A stretch of DNA of 46,904 nucleotides, counting the filler, from Jimgerdemannia flammicorona (lineage: Eukaryota), in the NCBI GenBank assembly GCA_003990765.1. It is 2 parts of 2 records of this genome, joined end to end, with 100 filler letters (N's around TTAATTAATTAA, not from the genome) between each part and the next. Parts side by side here need not be neighbours in the genome. Positions count along the whole stretch, not along the records: positions 1 to 23,405 come from RBNJ01001110.1; positions 23,506 to 46,904 come from RBNJ01001111.1. One strand, given 5' to 3'. The notes beneath the pieces were generated by a model, which did not search any database, was not told where the DNA came from, and saw only the letters and a program-made list of their open reading frames with translations. Position numbers and translations under genes: made by a program. Of the stretch, positions 17,687 through 31,500 are shown piece by piece (position 1 is the stretch's first letter; every line of letters starts with the position of its first letter).

Positions 17687-18123
17687 TGTAATGGTTCTGA
17701 TCTCTTTAAGATAAAGTAACTAAGTTTTAGAATGTTCTGGTAATCTAAAAGGCTTGAAGAGATATTATAAATTTTTAGAAAAAAATATTCTGAGCTTTAT
17801 TCAAGAGAACAAGATATTTATACAAGATATAAAAGAAGAGTCTAGAAATACTAAGAAATTAAAAGAAAATACTGTGATAAAGTCTTGGTAAAAGATGATA
17901 AATAAAGTTTTATAATATTCAAAAAAAAAATTCTATAATTAACTAAGATATATATAATACTTAATATTGAGAAAAGATAAAAATGTTTTAGTAAAGTCTT
18001 AGTACTAAGAGAAAATTTCTAGATATTTAAAATATACTAAAATATTTTAAAAATATTAAAAAAAGAGAGAAAAAAACTAGAGAAAAGATATAAAAATATA
18101 CTATAACTATTAAAACTATTATA
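17687..18123 (-). repeat. Highly AT-eroded LTR (same family as 44168-44630 and ~23089-23405)
   Basis: Starts TGTAATGGTTCT, the reverse complement of the 44630 end. Shares AAAATATTCTGAGCTTTATT..GAGAACAA with the other two copies. Confidence 0.65.
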
Positions 18124-18338
18124 TCTCACTCTTTTTAAAAATTAATATCCTTATTAAACTTCTTAAGATTCTTATATTCTTGTAAGAGATCTTGAGTATT
18201 CTTGAGATGAATTAGAGATTTTTAAATAGTATTATATATATACATATTTAGATTAGTTTATTTATTTGACAAGATATTTAAATCTATAATAGTTATTGAA
18301 TTCTGATTATTTGCATCTTGATAATTTGTGACTTATAT

Positions 18339-21300
18339 TGTGGCGTGCGATATGTATGTCTTGCTTGCAGAATGCACTGCTTAACATGCCACTTGGTTAT
18401 CTTATATGTTATTTATCTTTTTATCTGACAATGTTCTGGCTCAATGTTCAGTTCAACTGCTGTTCGATTTGTTCGCGTTTCTCGTTCGCGTCAAGTTGGA
18501 GTTCGCGTGTCGCGAGTCGTTGGTCACGTGACTGGACGTTCGGAATGGCGAAAAGGTCGGCGTTCGTCTTCACGAATTCTTTATGTCTCCTGACAGCGTT
18601 CTACTGTTTCCTGGTGAGCTGGCAATTATTCTGGAGTTTCTGGCGATTTTCCGTGGCGGCGATTTTAACTGACTGACTTGCATCTTGAGTGTGTGGTCTT
18701 GATTTCCGAGGCGGCGTATATATCCAATTGACTCGTTCGTACGTGTTCTTGAAAAAGCGCGGTCTTGATCTTGTATCTTGAATTCCGTGACATTCCGTGG
18801 CAAGAGAAATTCTTCAACTCAAACCTCGAGTGATCGTTGCTCTAGTTATCTTGTTTCTTAGAATTTATTCCTATCTCTTGGAGGCAGTGGGTTTCTCTGT
18901 AATCCTTTTTACTTCAAACTCAAGCTGACTGAGGTTTATTCACTCTTGTCTTTGGGGGTATTTATACATGTTTCTGCTATACCCTAGTGGCAAGGTCTGG
19001 ATATACTATTGATTTGCTGGTGGCAGTGTGCCAGTAGCAAAGACTATACTAATGGAGTAAGGTCAGAACACTCTTATTCTGTGCCACTGGAAAAGAATAT
19101 TTAGGTAATAGGGGGGCTATTCTATATTGGGCTAAACTGTAACACACTTGTGTGGAAGGTGGTACTAACTAAATCAGGTAAGGCTGAAACACCTTTGTTC
19201 TGTACCACTGGTAAAGAATGTTGATCTCTGTCTTAAAAGGTATAATACTCTTCACTAGTAGTAAGTGAATTTGCTGGGTTGTGACTTCATCATACCACTC
19301 TTCAAAGAGGGGAAGTGCTGGCCAAGAGGTGAGGGAATAGAATAGTGGCCAATCATCTTTAATGATATTTTCTAACTCTTGTACAGCTTGAAGGCAGACT
19401 GAAGACTGATACATAGATCTTTTATTGTTTTTCTTCTAATAATTATCAGTTTGGATATCTTGAGATACCATGATAGTTTCAATAGTAGAGTCTTGGTGTT
19501 CTTCTTCTTCTTGGATAGGAACTTCTGGGACTTCTTGGTTTGGTTCTCATATAATATGATATAACATATAACTGATGGAGTAGTGGATAGTTATAATAGC
19601 TTCTATAGATACTTCAATAGTAATGGGTAGTTCTTTGAAGATTTCTATGAGACTCATCAGATAGCCTTAATAGTTATTTCAAAGAGGAGTAGTATGAAAG
19701 CCTGGTAGGAAAAAAAAAAAAAAAATGAAAGCCTGGCAGAGTGGGTTCAGTTTGTTGACTTCTTATAGTAATACAGTTACTTCTGATATAATCAGTAACT
19801 TCAGCTTTTACCCAATTGACTTCTTCAGTAGTAAGGTGGACAATATTCCTAGTGGTAACTTCTTATAAGTGAGCTATAGTTCAGAATATATAGTAGAAGA
19901 TTTGGTAGACATGAAGGACTCTCTTGATCAACCAGTTAGTAGTTAATAGTTTGGCAATAAGGTCTTCTCAGTTATCTCCTTGGGTTTTATTATAGAGATA
20001 GTACTCAATTTCATAGTCATATCAGAGAATCATTCAGTTAGTAGTGTTCTTGAACTACTGAGTTATTATGTGATAGTAGTTGATGAAATATTCAAGGTCT
20101 TTGGTATAGAAGTTCAGATGCTCAGTGGTATCAGAGTACCAGATAGCCATCTTAATGGCTTTGAGAATAAGACTCTTCAGACTTAGTAAAGGAGTACTGC
20201 AGCAGGAGGTCTGGTTGGAGCAGTAGGAAGAAGGCATTGTATTCTTATTTATTCTAATTCTTCTTAACACACTAGGTCTAGGTTCTTTAAATAATATGGC
20301 CTTCATTTTAGCTCAGATTATCATTATTTCTTTTGATCAGATCATCTGATGAATTGGGTGAGATTATCAGATAATATCATCTGATTATTATACTATAAGA
20401 TTGGAGTTATTATTTGATAAAAGTGATCACAGAATCTATTGTCATTGCTCCTTATTCTAGTATTGTCAGTTATATATATCACAGTATCAATTTTATTCAG
20501 ATATATTCTTATAAACCTTCTTTATGATATTACTATCTTTTTCAAAAATAATTTTTTATATATTGATATTCTTAATATACTCCTTCTTGACTTCTTTAAA
20601 TAGACTGGTAATAATATTGATAATTGTAATGAGATTATCTTTCTGAGTACTCTAAAAGAGTATATTAGCTACTTTATTCTTAGTTCTAGCAATATACTTG
20701 ATTTTAACATCAAAGAGTATAAGAATTTACATTTATCAGACTTGTCTTTTTATAAGAATTAGCTGTATCTAGATATATTAGAGTACTTAATGGTCTGTTC
20801 ATAAAGTAAATATTTTGCTAAAGAGAAAATATCTCTATACTTATAGAGATCAGATAACAGTGAGAAGTTTCTTATCTTATATAATATAGTTTCTTTCATA
20901 TTTATTGAGTTTCTGAGACAAGTAGGTGATAAGATATTTATATTATATTAGAATAGCTCTAATAATAATATTTAAGACATTAGTAGTAACTATAAAGAAT
21001 CTTATTGGATCAGAACTAATCAAAATTAGTATGTTAGTCAGTATTCTCTTAAGGGTATTTTCATAGCTATAGTATATCCTTCTGTCTATTCTTTTTCAAT
21101 ATTAGCTCTCTTCTTGGCAAAGCTTGTGAGTAAGGTAGCAATTTCAGAGAATTCTTGAATAAATCTTCTATAATATTCTGCTAGTCTATTGAATTCTCAT
21201 AGAGACTTGAGAATCTTTAGAATGAGTTAACTGTAGAATACTTAGGTCTTTTTGAGATTAATAACAATATCATTTTGTGAGATAATGTATCTTAGATATT

Positions 21301-23040
21301 CAATTTCCTTCTTAAAGAAGTGATATTTCTTTCTTTTTACTAAGAGCTTATATTTATAAAGTATATCAAAAACTATTTATAGATAATGCTACTTATACTA
21401 TATATTAATATATTGTTCAGATAGACTAAAATGAATACTCTGAGATATTTATGAAAACCATTGTTTAATAGTATTTAGAAGATTATTGATATATTGGTAA
21501 GGCTGAATGGTATTATATAGAATTTATAGTATCTAAATCTTATTTGAAAGGCTGTCTTAGAAATATCTTCTTTTTTGATATAAATTTAATAATATTTAAA
21601 AGCAAGGTCAATAAGTGAAAAGGTCTTGACCTAGTAGTTTATCAATTTATAAGAGTATATATTGGTTCTTAATAAAGATCTTATTGAGTACTCAATAATT
21701 AATATATATAGAGAGACTTCTATCCTTTTTATAGACAAGGAGAATTAGTATACTATATAGTGATTTTGATAGATAGATGAGATCTTTACTTGCTAATTTA
21801 ACTAATTATTCTTTGAGGATTTCTAGCTCAAGTTGAACTAGTTGATAGATTTTACAATAGGGAGGGTCTGAGCTAAAGATAGTTTCAATACTATGTTCTA
21901 CTACTCAGATAAGTGATAGTTCTTAAAATGCTTGAAAAATGTCTCTATATTTCTTGAGTAGTTCTTAGAGGTTATCTTCTTCATCATCTTTATTCTTTAA
22001 AAGTTTAGAGAGTTCTTCATTATCTTTTTCTAGAGTCTCCTTAACTGTATATATATAAAATATTAGTCTGGTTTTCAAATCAGCTTTTTTATCTAGATGG
22101 TAGAGATAATATCACATCTGAGCTTGGGTTTCTTCTTAGTATACTTAGGTTGTAACTTAATATCTTTTAGAGAGATTGTATTAATTTGTCAATTAATGTG
22201 GAGGTTTTCCTGAGTGAGCCAGGATATTTCTAAGATGAGATTATATCTAGAGAGATATGTAAGTTATAGGAGTATATTCTTATATATCTTAAAGAGTTTC
22301 TATATTGTTTTATTTCCAAATATAGTAATGTTTTCTTCTGGATTCTTCTGTATCTTGAGATGGAATTTATTAGTAGTTTCTTTGTTAAGATAGCATTTAC
22401 TTACTCTACTATTAATAAGGACTTCAATAGAGTTTTCTTTAATATTTTCTTAGAGGTAGATAAATTCTATATTGTTTTCTTACTAGATAGCAATTGTTTC
22501 TAAAGTAGTTTCTTCTTTCCAATCTTATGTTTCTTCATCTTCATTATTGATATTCTTGATTTATTTATCTCATTATTCTGAAATAGTTAACTTACACTTC
22601 TTAGATTTGGGAATATATATAAGATATTCTCCTATATATTCAAAACAGTATATCTTGATTCTATGAGAATATTGTTCTATAGAGATATATCTATCAGTAA
22701 TGTACTAGTATCATTTATGGTCTTAGTCTTGAGGTTCTTTGATATAGACAATCTTCTATATCTTGGTCTTCTTTTTAACCTTGTCAGAGTACTTTTTTAT
22801 TGATTTAAAAGCTTTTTCTCCTCTATTAAAAGATGATAGTTCATTTATTTCTTCAATCTTAAGATTATTATATATTATCTCAATAATGGCTTATGTAATT
22901 TATTTTCTATATATGATTTCTGCTATCTTTTATCTAGTATTATATAGCAGGATCTTAATCTTGCCTTTGAATCCTTGGTCTATAACTCCTTCAGCTATAT
23001 AGAGTCTCTTTTCCTTGACCAGATTACTTCTTTCTATAAT
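18339..23040 (-). mobile_element. Degenerate, 5'-truncated Ty3/Gypsy element (dUTPase-PR-RT-RH, partial IN, 3' accessory ORFs, LTR)
   Basis: Minus-strand dUTPase remnant (IAEGVIDQGFKGKIKILL..RGEKAF, ~22780-23040), then protease, RT and RNase H remnants. 19100-20330 is an inverted homologue of 35510-36560. The LTR ends GCCACA at 18339, like the 37785 end. Confidence 0.75.
19694..19739 (+). mobile_element. Poly(A)-only retro-insertion with 15-bp TSD
   Basis: ATGAAAGCCTGGTAG-g-A15-ATGAAAGCCTGGCAG. The paralogous site near 36090-36115 has one copy and no A run. Confidence 0.7.
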
Positions 23041-23088
23041 GAGATTTTTTTAATAAAAGAAAATATAACTTCTCTACTACTATTAAGT

Positions 23089-23405
23089 TTAATAGCTTTA
23101 GTTTTATTTTTAAGAAAAATTAACTAAGTTTTAAAATATTTTAATAATTTAAATATATAGCTTAAAAAAATATATATTATAAATTTAAGTAGTTTTTAAA
23201 AAAAAAATTAGAAAAAAATATTCTGAGCTTTATTTGAGAGAACAAAAAGGATATTTATATAGGATATAAAAAAAGATCTAGAAAGTATTAAGAAATAATA
23301 ATAATAATAATAATATTAAAATAAAATCTTTATAAAAATAATAAATAAAGTTCTATAATATTTTAAAAAATTCTATAACTAATTAAAATAAACTTAATAT
23401 TAAAA
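23089..23405 (-). repeat. AT-eroded LTR fragment cut by the contig end
   Basis: Direct repeat of 17687-17960. Confidence 0.6.
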
Positions 23406-23505
23406 NNNNNNNNNNNNNNNNNNNNNNNNNNNNNNNNNNNNNNNNNNNNTTAATTAATTAANNNNNNNNNNNNNNNNNNNNNNNNNNNNNNNNNNNNNNN
23501 NNNNN
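23406..23505. other. Artificial contig spacer (44 N + TTAATTAATTAA + 44 N)
   Basis: Exactly 100 bp and symmetric. The 12-mer places stop codons in all six frames, a common contig-concatenation device. Confidence 0.95.
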
Positions 23506-23766
23506 GATAGGCTTTATTAAGGGCTTTCAAATGACACCAAGATCATCAAATTTGGATGATTATTCATCAAATTATTGATGTAAACATTTAATTGTCTAAT
23601 TTGGAAATCAAAACAATGGTTGATTCGAATCCGATTCGAATCCAATTCGAATCTGATTCGAATCCATCCGGATGGGATTCGAATCCCATCCGAGTTGATC
23701 CGGATGGGATTCAATCCGAATCAATCCGAATCCAATCTGGATTAAATTGACTTGTTAGGAGCACTA
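23506..23766. mobile_element. Right half of a hAT-like MITE (same family as 10432 and 34953)
   Basis: Ends TTGTTAGGAGCACTA. Has GATTCGAATC subterminal repeats and shares GGCTTT..AATGACA and CTAATTTGGAAATCAAAACAATG with the 10432 copy. Confidence 0.8.
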
Positions 23767-24700
23767 CAAATACCAAAGAAGCCTCTAAATATTGAGCATT
23801 GGTCTCCTTTCTACTCTAGTCTACTTTCCAATACAAAGTCTAAAGATTTGCCATCAAGTTCAAGGAAGAACTTTGCCACCTTTTGAGTAATCTACCACTT
23901 AAGGAATAAGCTGCCATTTTCAAGAACTTCACCAATTCAGGAAGAATCCGCATCATCTATTATTTTCAAGTTATTTGCTACATTCCCAGAGAACCCACCT
24001 TTCTTGCTACAAGTCAGTCTTTCTGATACAACTTTGCAGTAGAGTCAGTCTATAATGTAACTCCATGCAAATGAAGCCAGTCTTTGACATAACTTACTGA
24101 GAATCCAAGTAGTATTCCCAGTTGAAGACAATTTAGAAAGAATCCACAACATCCAAAGTTATCCATTGTTCCCAATAAGCCCAATATAAAAGAAACTGCC
24201 ATCAGTATTATCCTCAATAAGAAGAAACTGCACCATATAACTCCCAGTGAGCTAAGTCAAGTTATCTGCCAGAAATCACATACTTTTGGAAATTATCATG
24301 CTATATGGAGATTGTCACATAGAGATCACCACCACCTAAGAAAGAGAACCACTAAATTGCCAGACCATTATACACAGAGATCGTCATGCTATACAAGAGA
24401 TTGTCATACAGAAATCACACACTTTTGGAGACTACCATCTCTCAGAAAGGAAACTGCTTATGCTATACACAAATCCTGCCATTCCCAGTAGACTCAAGAA
24501 GGAAACCCATTCACACACAAATCGCTGCTATACCCAGAGAACTGTCTCAATAAGAAAACTGCTCACATAGTATCCAGATCTTGACTATTATACCACTAAA
24601 CACCAAGAACATTTTGTTACTTTTAACAAAGTAACTGGAGGCTCAAACCAAACTACATCAATCCCCAACCTTATAATTTATCTCTATTGAGCCAGGTATA
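23767..24700 (+). repeat. Long LTR-derived repeat homologous to 46334-46820
   Basis: CAAATACCAAAGAAG..TTGAGCATT.GTCTCCTTTCTACTCT.GTCTACTTTCCAATACAAAG is shared with 46334 onward. Contains internal short repeats. Confidence 0.6.
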
Positions 24701-24824
24701 TTACAATATATTAGTTTTTAATAGAGATCTTATTGAGTATTTAATAATTGATATATATATAAAGACTTCCATCCTTCTTATAGATAAAGAGAATAAATAT
24801 ATTATATAATAACTTAAATAAATA

Positions 24825-25065
24825 TCTCTTTGATTATAGATAAGATTATCTTTTAAAATTATTTAGCAGACAAATTAAAGTTTAAAAAAAATGATTTTTT
24901 GAAACATTGTTTTTCTGTTTTTTTTTTTTATAAATTTTTTACCAAAGGTAGAATTATTATATAAAAAATTATTGGTAATTTTTTTTTTAAAAACTATTAT
25001 GATTTTAAAAGTTATAAACTTTTAAAATCTTGCCTCTAAATATAGATATAAAACAGTCAAAGAGA
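24825..25065. mobile_element. Small AT-rich MITE with TA TSD (Tc1/mariner-like)
   Basis: TA-[TCTCTTTGA...TCAAAGAGA]-TA. Absent from the paralogous RT segment near 21770. Confidence 0.55.
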
Positions 25066-25569
25066 TATGAGATCTTTGTTTGATAGATCTGTTAGCTATT
25101 CCTTAAGAGTTTCTAGCTTAAGCTGAGTTAGTTGGTAGGTTTTACAGTAGAGATAGTCTGATTCTGAGATGATCTTAATACTATACTCTACTATTTAGAT
25201 AAGTAGTAGTCTTTGAGGTTTTTGAAAAACATCCTTACATTTCTTTAGTAATTCTTAGAAGTTGTTTTTCTCATTATCTTCATTCTTTAATAGCTCAGAA
25301 AGATCATTATCATCATCATCTATTGGTACTTCTTTGATACTATACATATAGATATATTGCTCTAATTTCCAGATTAGCTTCTTTATTTAGATAGTAGAAA
25401 TTATATTATACTTGAGTTTTGCTTTTTTTTTTTAATTTATTCTGACTACAACTTAATGTATCTTAGAGAGATTATATTAGTTTATAAGTTAATATGAAGA
25501 TTCTTCTATATAAGTTAGAATTTTTCAAGGATGAAATTATATTCTAAGAGATATAAATATAATATAGAA

Positions 25570-28500
25570 GATTACTATCTAGGTAACCTTTCTCAGTTAC
25601 TGCTTAAGTTATACAAAAACTTCTATCTATAATTTCCATAGTTTTCTAAAGAAACCTACTAAGATTATATCATCAATTCAGAGTTCTGAGAAGTATACTG
25701 AGTAGGATAGCTATAGTATATTTGACTGGCAGTATGTAGAGAGGAGTTATGGCCTGGGTGCAGACCTTTCAAGCTCTTGTTCAAATAGATATAGAGTTAG
25801 TAGAGGTGGGAGGTCTGGCTCTAGAAGGCAGGGGGCTGGAAGAATGAGTTTTACTAATAAGATTAAGACTGGGGGTCAGTCAGTAGGACTGGATGAATAG
25901 CTATAGAAAGGAAAGAAAAAGATATTGGCTGAGGGGTCTGAAGGGGCTACTCTGTACAACTATGGAGAGAGAGCTGATAGAGTAGCAGCTGGGAAGAAGA
26001 GGAGAACTATTGATAGAAAAGTAACTACTAATCTAAACAAAAAAACCAGAAATGATAGCTGATGGAGAGATAGGACTAAAGAGTAGCATAAGATCTAAAG
26101 ACTTAGCTGATAGTATAATAAGTCTGGTGATAGTACTATTACTTAAGAAATTAGTATTAGAATTTACAGTTACATTATACTTCTAGAGCTTAATAGTCAT
26201 AGCAAAATGGGTTCTAGAGTTACTGGTCTAGAAGATAAAAGAGATAACCTTAGTAAAGTTTCTGAAGAGATTGAGATGAGCTTTGAGGAGGAGAATTTGA
26301 TACTGTAAGTACTGGAGAAAAGAGTGGTAATTGGGAGAGTAACAGTTTTTATAGCAAGATGTCTATACTGAAACTCTCTGATGGTTCAGCTGATAGTAGC
26401 TAATATTCTTATAGTAAAGAAAGAGGAGACTAGAAAGCTGATTGTCAATACTATCAATAAGTATAAAAATATAGTAGATGTCAGATTTAGGGTTTGAGAG
26501 GGTACAGAGTTCAGAACAGACAATATAAATATCTAGATAAAACTGGCAGAAAAAGAGAATATAGAGAAAGAGAGAGACTGATTAGTAATACTAAAGTAGA
26601 ACTTAGTGGAATATAAGATGTAAAAAGTAAAGGGGATACTAGAGGAAGAGAAAAATTTGCTGAAGGTTTTGAAGAATCTGGCTAAAGCAGTAGAGAGAAG
26701 ACAGATAGCATGAAAGAAGTTTGAGATTAAGATAGTGGTAGAGATTATTAATAGTAAGAGAGTATATCTGAACTAAGCTATATGAGAGAGGGCTAAAGGG
26801 AGGCAGTAACAGAAGGATTTGTTGACAGGCTTAGAGGGGGGTCCAAAAGCAGTAGAGACTACTGAGGTAGCTAGTTTGAGAGCCAGTGTCTGAGTTGAGA
26901 GGATAGAGGTAATACAGGGGGGAGATCTGGAGGAGAGCATAGCTTAAGAGTAGAGTGTAGTAGCTAAAGATGAGATGATGGCAGATGAGGCTCATATCTA
27001 TTATAAGGTTCTAACAGTAAAGAAGAGGAATGAGCTATAAGATATATTGGAAGAGAACTGGGATAGTTAGTAAGAGTAAATACCAAAAGAGTCAGAGGAT
27101 AGAGAAGTAGAGAGTAGATCTAAGAGAGAAGAAGATTGGCAGTGAGAGGTGGCTTTAGAGGGTACTGATAAATATTACTGCTGATAAGTTAGGAGAGATT
27201 AACTTTCAAGTTATCAGTGAGATATATTGGAGATCTGTCTTGAGAAGAGAGGAGATAGTATACAAGCTACAGAATGAGTTAATAGTAGCTCTACTGAGAG
27301 CAGAAGAGTATAAGATTGATAAAAATAGAGAAATAGTACTATTGGAAATTGCAAATACCCATATAGTCTATCTGTGGAATCTGAGGAAGAGATTGGTAAA
27401 ATGGTAGATAGTGTGTAAAAAGTATTAGTCATCAATAGAGATATAGGATAGAGAGAATTATCCAGAGATATTAGTAGCTCTAGATATATAACAAAGAGAG
27501 GAGATTAAACTTAAGGCTGAGAGAAACTTAGATGTGGCTGGCAATATATATAATGAGTATGAAATTGTAGAGTAAGAGGATCTTTTATATATATTTATTC
27601 AATATAAATAATATAACTAGAATTTTTTTTCTAAATATGTATCAATAGGTTATAAGAGACTGTGAGATATAAGAATAGTTTCTTCTGACTAAAAGGGCTA
27701 AATACTGTTCTGTTTTTGTTACAGGATATAGGATATGATGAGAACTCCAATATGTAAGACTGGATATAAGAGTGGGGAGAGGTGGCAGTATAGTGAGATA
27801 GAGTAGGCATTTTAGTTCATAAAGAGAAGAGAGATATTAGAGATATTGGACACTAGAGAGATAGAGTGATATAAGGGATATAGAGGAGACAGGGTTGAGA
27901 CCCAGTAGTAGTTGGGTCTTATTACTGTCTGGTAGAAAGGAGAGCTCAATTAGAGTAGATAATTGACTATAGAACTTAAGCAAGCTGATGGAGACTAGAA
28001 TTGACTGTTTGGATAGAGATTTTACATAATATAGTCTATAATAATAGATTAGATAGAATAGATGATGGGAGGGAGTTGTCTGAGAGAAGCAGGGATATGA
28101 AAAGTTGGGAGAAGATTGAAAGACTTAGCTCTCTGATAGATGCTGGCCAATAGGGGTGAGGAGATTACTGAGTATATATATACTGAGTAGATAGACTTAG
28201 ATCTAGGATTAACTGGATCCTAATTACTGAGTGCTAGAAAGATAATGTCTGGGAATTATTAGAGGCTGAATAGTATCTATGGTCTGATCACTAAAGTCTC
28301 CTAAGATATAGAAAGTTTGAAAAGAGTGAGGAGGGGCCTGAATATTAGCATCTGAACTCTACTTTGTTAGATGAGCTCTCTTTGTAAGAAGTCTGAGTTA
28401 TAGATATTATATAGTTCTAGAGTTCTTATTTGGAGAGAGGCAGGCCTTACTATTGGGAATCAGTAATATAGACTGAAGTCTGATGCTCAATATTTCTGAA

Positions 28501-31500
28501 AAGATACAGAGAGACTACAGAGTATTCAGAGGTAGAGTTATATGCAGTAGGCCTTATATAGATTAGAAAAGCTGTTGAAGGAGTGGGCTAGTCTATTGGA
28601 GGATATAGAGATGATAGATTAGAAGGTTCAGTATACATATCTGATTAGAGGTAGAGGAACTGCAGAGTTTACTGTAAAGAGAGAAGGAATGTGTAGATAA
28701 AGAGTATGGTGGCCCAGCTATAGTAGTAAGGTCTGAAGGAAGGAGAATAGCTAATAAAGTTCTTATTGAGACTTCTTCAAGCAAGGAGAGTGAGACAGCA
28801 ATGAGATGGAGTGTTGAATGAGATAGAGAAGCTGGTGATAGAGACTCAGAATATCTGAGGTCAGTTGAATAACTGCTGAAGACTACTGTAGAGTGAGGAG
28901 AAGGATGGGGAGAATAGGTAGATCATTGAGTGGTATCTGGAGAACTAGTATCTGGACCTAGTAGAGGGTCTAGAAGAGCTAGAGATACCAGTTCAAGAGG
29001 AAGAGATTCTTCAGGTCTTGGTAGTGATTAGTCTTGAGATAGTTCCTGAAGAGAATGACTTGTCCTGAAATTTCTAGAAGAGAATAGCTAAAGTAAAGAT
29101 AGTATTGAAGGAAATATCACAGAAGTGTAATGTAGATATTAGCTCTGAGGAGTAGATAGGTGGACAGTATCTGGGCCTAGTAGCTCTGTTGTTTAAGAAT
29201 AAGAAGAGAAGAGAGAAGTGGAAGAACTGGAGGCTGATCATACTTCTGAATATAGATTATAAGCTAATTATGAAAATCTTGATTGCCCAGTTGTAAGAGA
29301 AGGCTTAGAGAGTATTAGAAGAGGAATAATAGAACTTTGTTAATAGCTGACTGATCAGAGATAAGATAGTATAGATATATAATATTATTGAAGGGGTCAG
29401 AATTACTAAGATAGATAGTTGTCTAGTATTTCTAGACCAAAAGAAGATATACGATAGAATATAGAGAGTGTGATTAGATAGAGTACTAAGAGTCTCTTCA
29501 GACTTTTAATAGTCCTTGATCAGTTTGTTAGAGGGGAGTCAAGTGACTATTCTGATTAATAGATATAGAGAGATATCATTCCCCCTGAGTAGAGGGGTGC
29601 TGTAGAGTAATTCATTATTACCTATCCTCTATACTCTCTCTTTAGAGCCTTTGTTAGATAGGATTCAGTATAAGATAGAGAGGTTGATGATTTGAGGCTT
29701 AAATTGGAAGATGAGAATAGAACTATCTTAAAGAGAACTGTAGAATAATATGAAGAGTACTCAGGAGTTAAACTTAACTAAGACTCTAGTGCTAAGAAGA
29801 GGAGTAATTGATAAAGATATAATTGGAACAATTGTTCCAGTAGAAGAGGTGGTCTGTTATCTGAGGATCTACTTTTCAGTATATGAGTCTCTACTATCCA
29901 AAGCATGATGGGAGCAAAAGCTAATATGAGAGAATATACTTCTGGACCAGAGTGGCTGATATATCTCATTGGTAAGAAGAGTGATAATGCTGAATATATA
30001 CTGGTTATCTAAGTTATAGTATCTGAAATATTATTTAGACTTTTTTATATAGATAGTGAAGAGACTGGCTAGGTTTTGGATTTGGGCTAGCTGGTGTAGT
30101 CAGATTGGCTAGAATATATTGATGCTATCAGTGAGATGAGAAAATCTTAGTCTTTGTTGATTTCACTAAATACTTATACTACTTGAGAGTATGGCAGCTA
30201 AAGTGGGTTAGCAAGCTAAGGGGCCAAGACTAGATATCTCTTATACAAAGGGTGTGAGAGGTATAGTTCTTCCCCAGGGGGGTCTCTGGTAATTTGCTCT
30301 CTCTGGTAGTACTCAAGAAGAGTTATAGGATATATTATAAGAGCTTTTAGTAGAGAGTGGTTGATGGGACCCATAGAATTGATATCTGCTAGTATAGTAA
30401 TAAGAGAGAGAAGAACTGAGAACCCAGAATATAGAGGTGGGACAATCTTTTGTTGAGGGGTGCTCTAGTGAATAATTTTTACCTTAAGGATGATATAGAG
30501 TATTTACAACCAGCTCCTTTCTCCACTATCTTACTAGTTACAAGGTTTGGTAGGCAACCTTCTGAGTCTCCTTTCCCCTATTATTACCCCCTCTACCTCG
30601 GATTGGTTTGCTGTGCCTGCATGGGCATAGTGGGAGGAGGGCAATAGTGATGAGTTGCCCCTTTATTGGTATCAGATCAGTGTCTTCTCCACTTTTTCAT
30701 AGTTTCTGATACCTTCGGCTACATCTGGAGTGCATCCATTTTGGTGTGGCACCTTCTTCCTTTTGCCATCACCAACAAGATGCTGTCTTGGTATGTCTCA
30801 GACTACATAGGGAGTCAGCCAACCTTGGGTATCAAGTGCTCAGTGTAGGTTGCCTACAGGTCCTCGGTGCCTGTGGTGGGGCCCTCTGGCTTTGGCGAGC
30901 TTCCCGGTGAGTATGGTTCTGGTATAGATGACTGCTTTTTGGGTATTGTTGGGATAGGAGGGGAGATGGCCATCACAGATAGAAGGAAGGGTGATAACAG
31001 TGAACCAGTAGGGTGCCAGGCTGGGGGTGGCTGTCAGGGCTGGGGCAGGTGCTGCTTTGGTGGGGCCTTTTGATTGGTATGGTATGGTTAGGTGGTAGGT
31101 GTCACTCTTGGCTTCTTTTGACAGTCAGGTGGGTTAGGCCCCAGTTGTCAGGGGGGGTTGGGGGGCCTGAGGCTACCTATTTCAGGCATCTTGGCTATAC
31201 TCAACTAGAACTGAGAGCTGACATGGCAATATGATCAAGGCTCACAGGCTTGAGTAGTGGGGTATTGGGGGTCTCCTCCCATCTCATATATAAGTCCTTT
31301 ACTCACCTCAACTGGGAGAACCAGGCCCTACCCACCATATTGTACTTTGATGAGGGTTTTTCTTCTGCCTGTCATTCTCTTTAGAGTAGCAGGGGCTATT
31401 CTATTCAGCTCAGGCATGGACTTGTACATACATTGGGTTCTTGGGTGTGCACTTTCAGTTGTTGGCATATGGCTGGGTTTCCCCTGATGGTAGGGAGAGC

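Noticed and set aside
17687..23405. The two AT-rich direct repeats as paired LTRs of one intact element
   Set aside because: The internal region lacks gag next to the 23089 copy and has its own different LTR ending at 18339. No convincing TSD, so independent insertions fit better.
23620..23745. GATTCGAATC repeats as a CRISPR array or tRNA T-loops
   Set aside because: No unique spacers and no cloverleaf. These are subterminal repeats of the MITE family.
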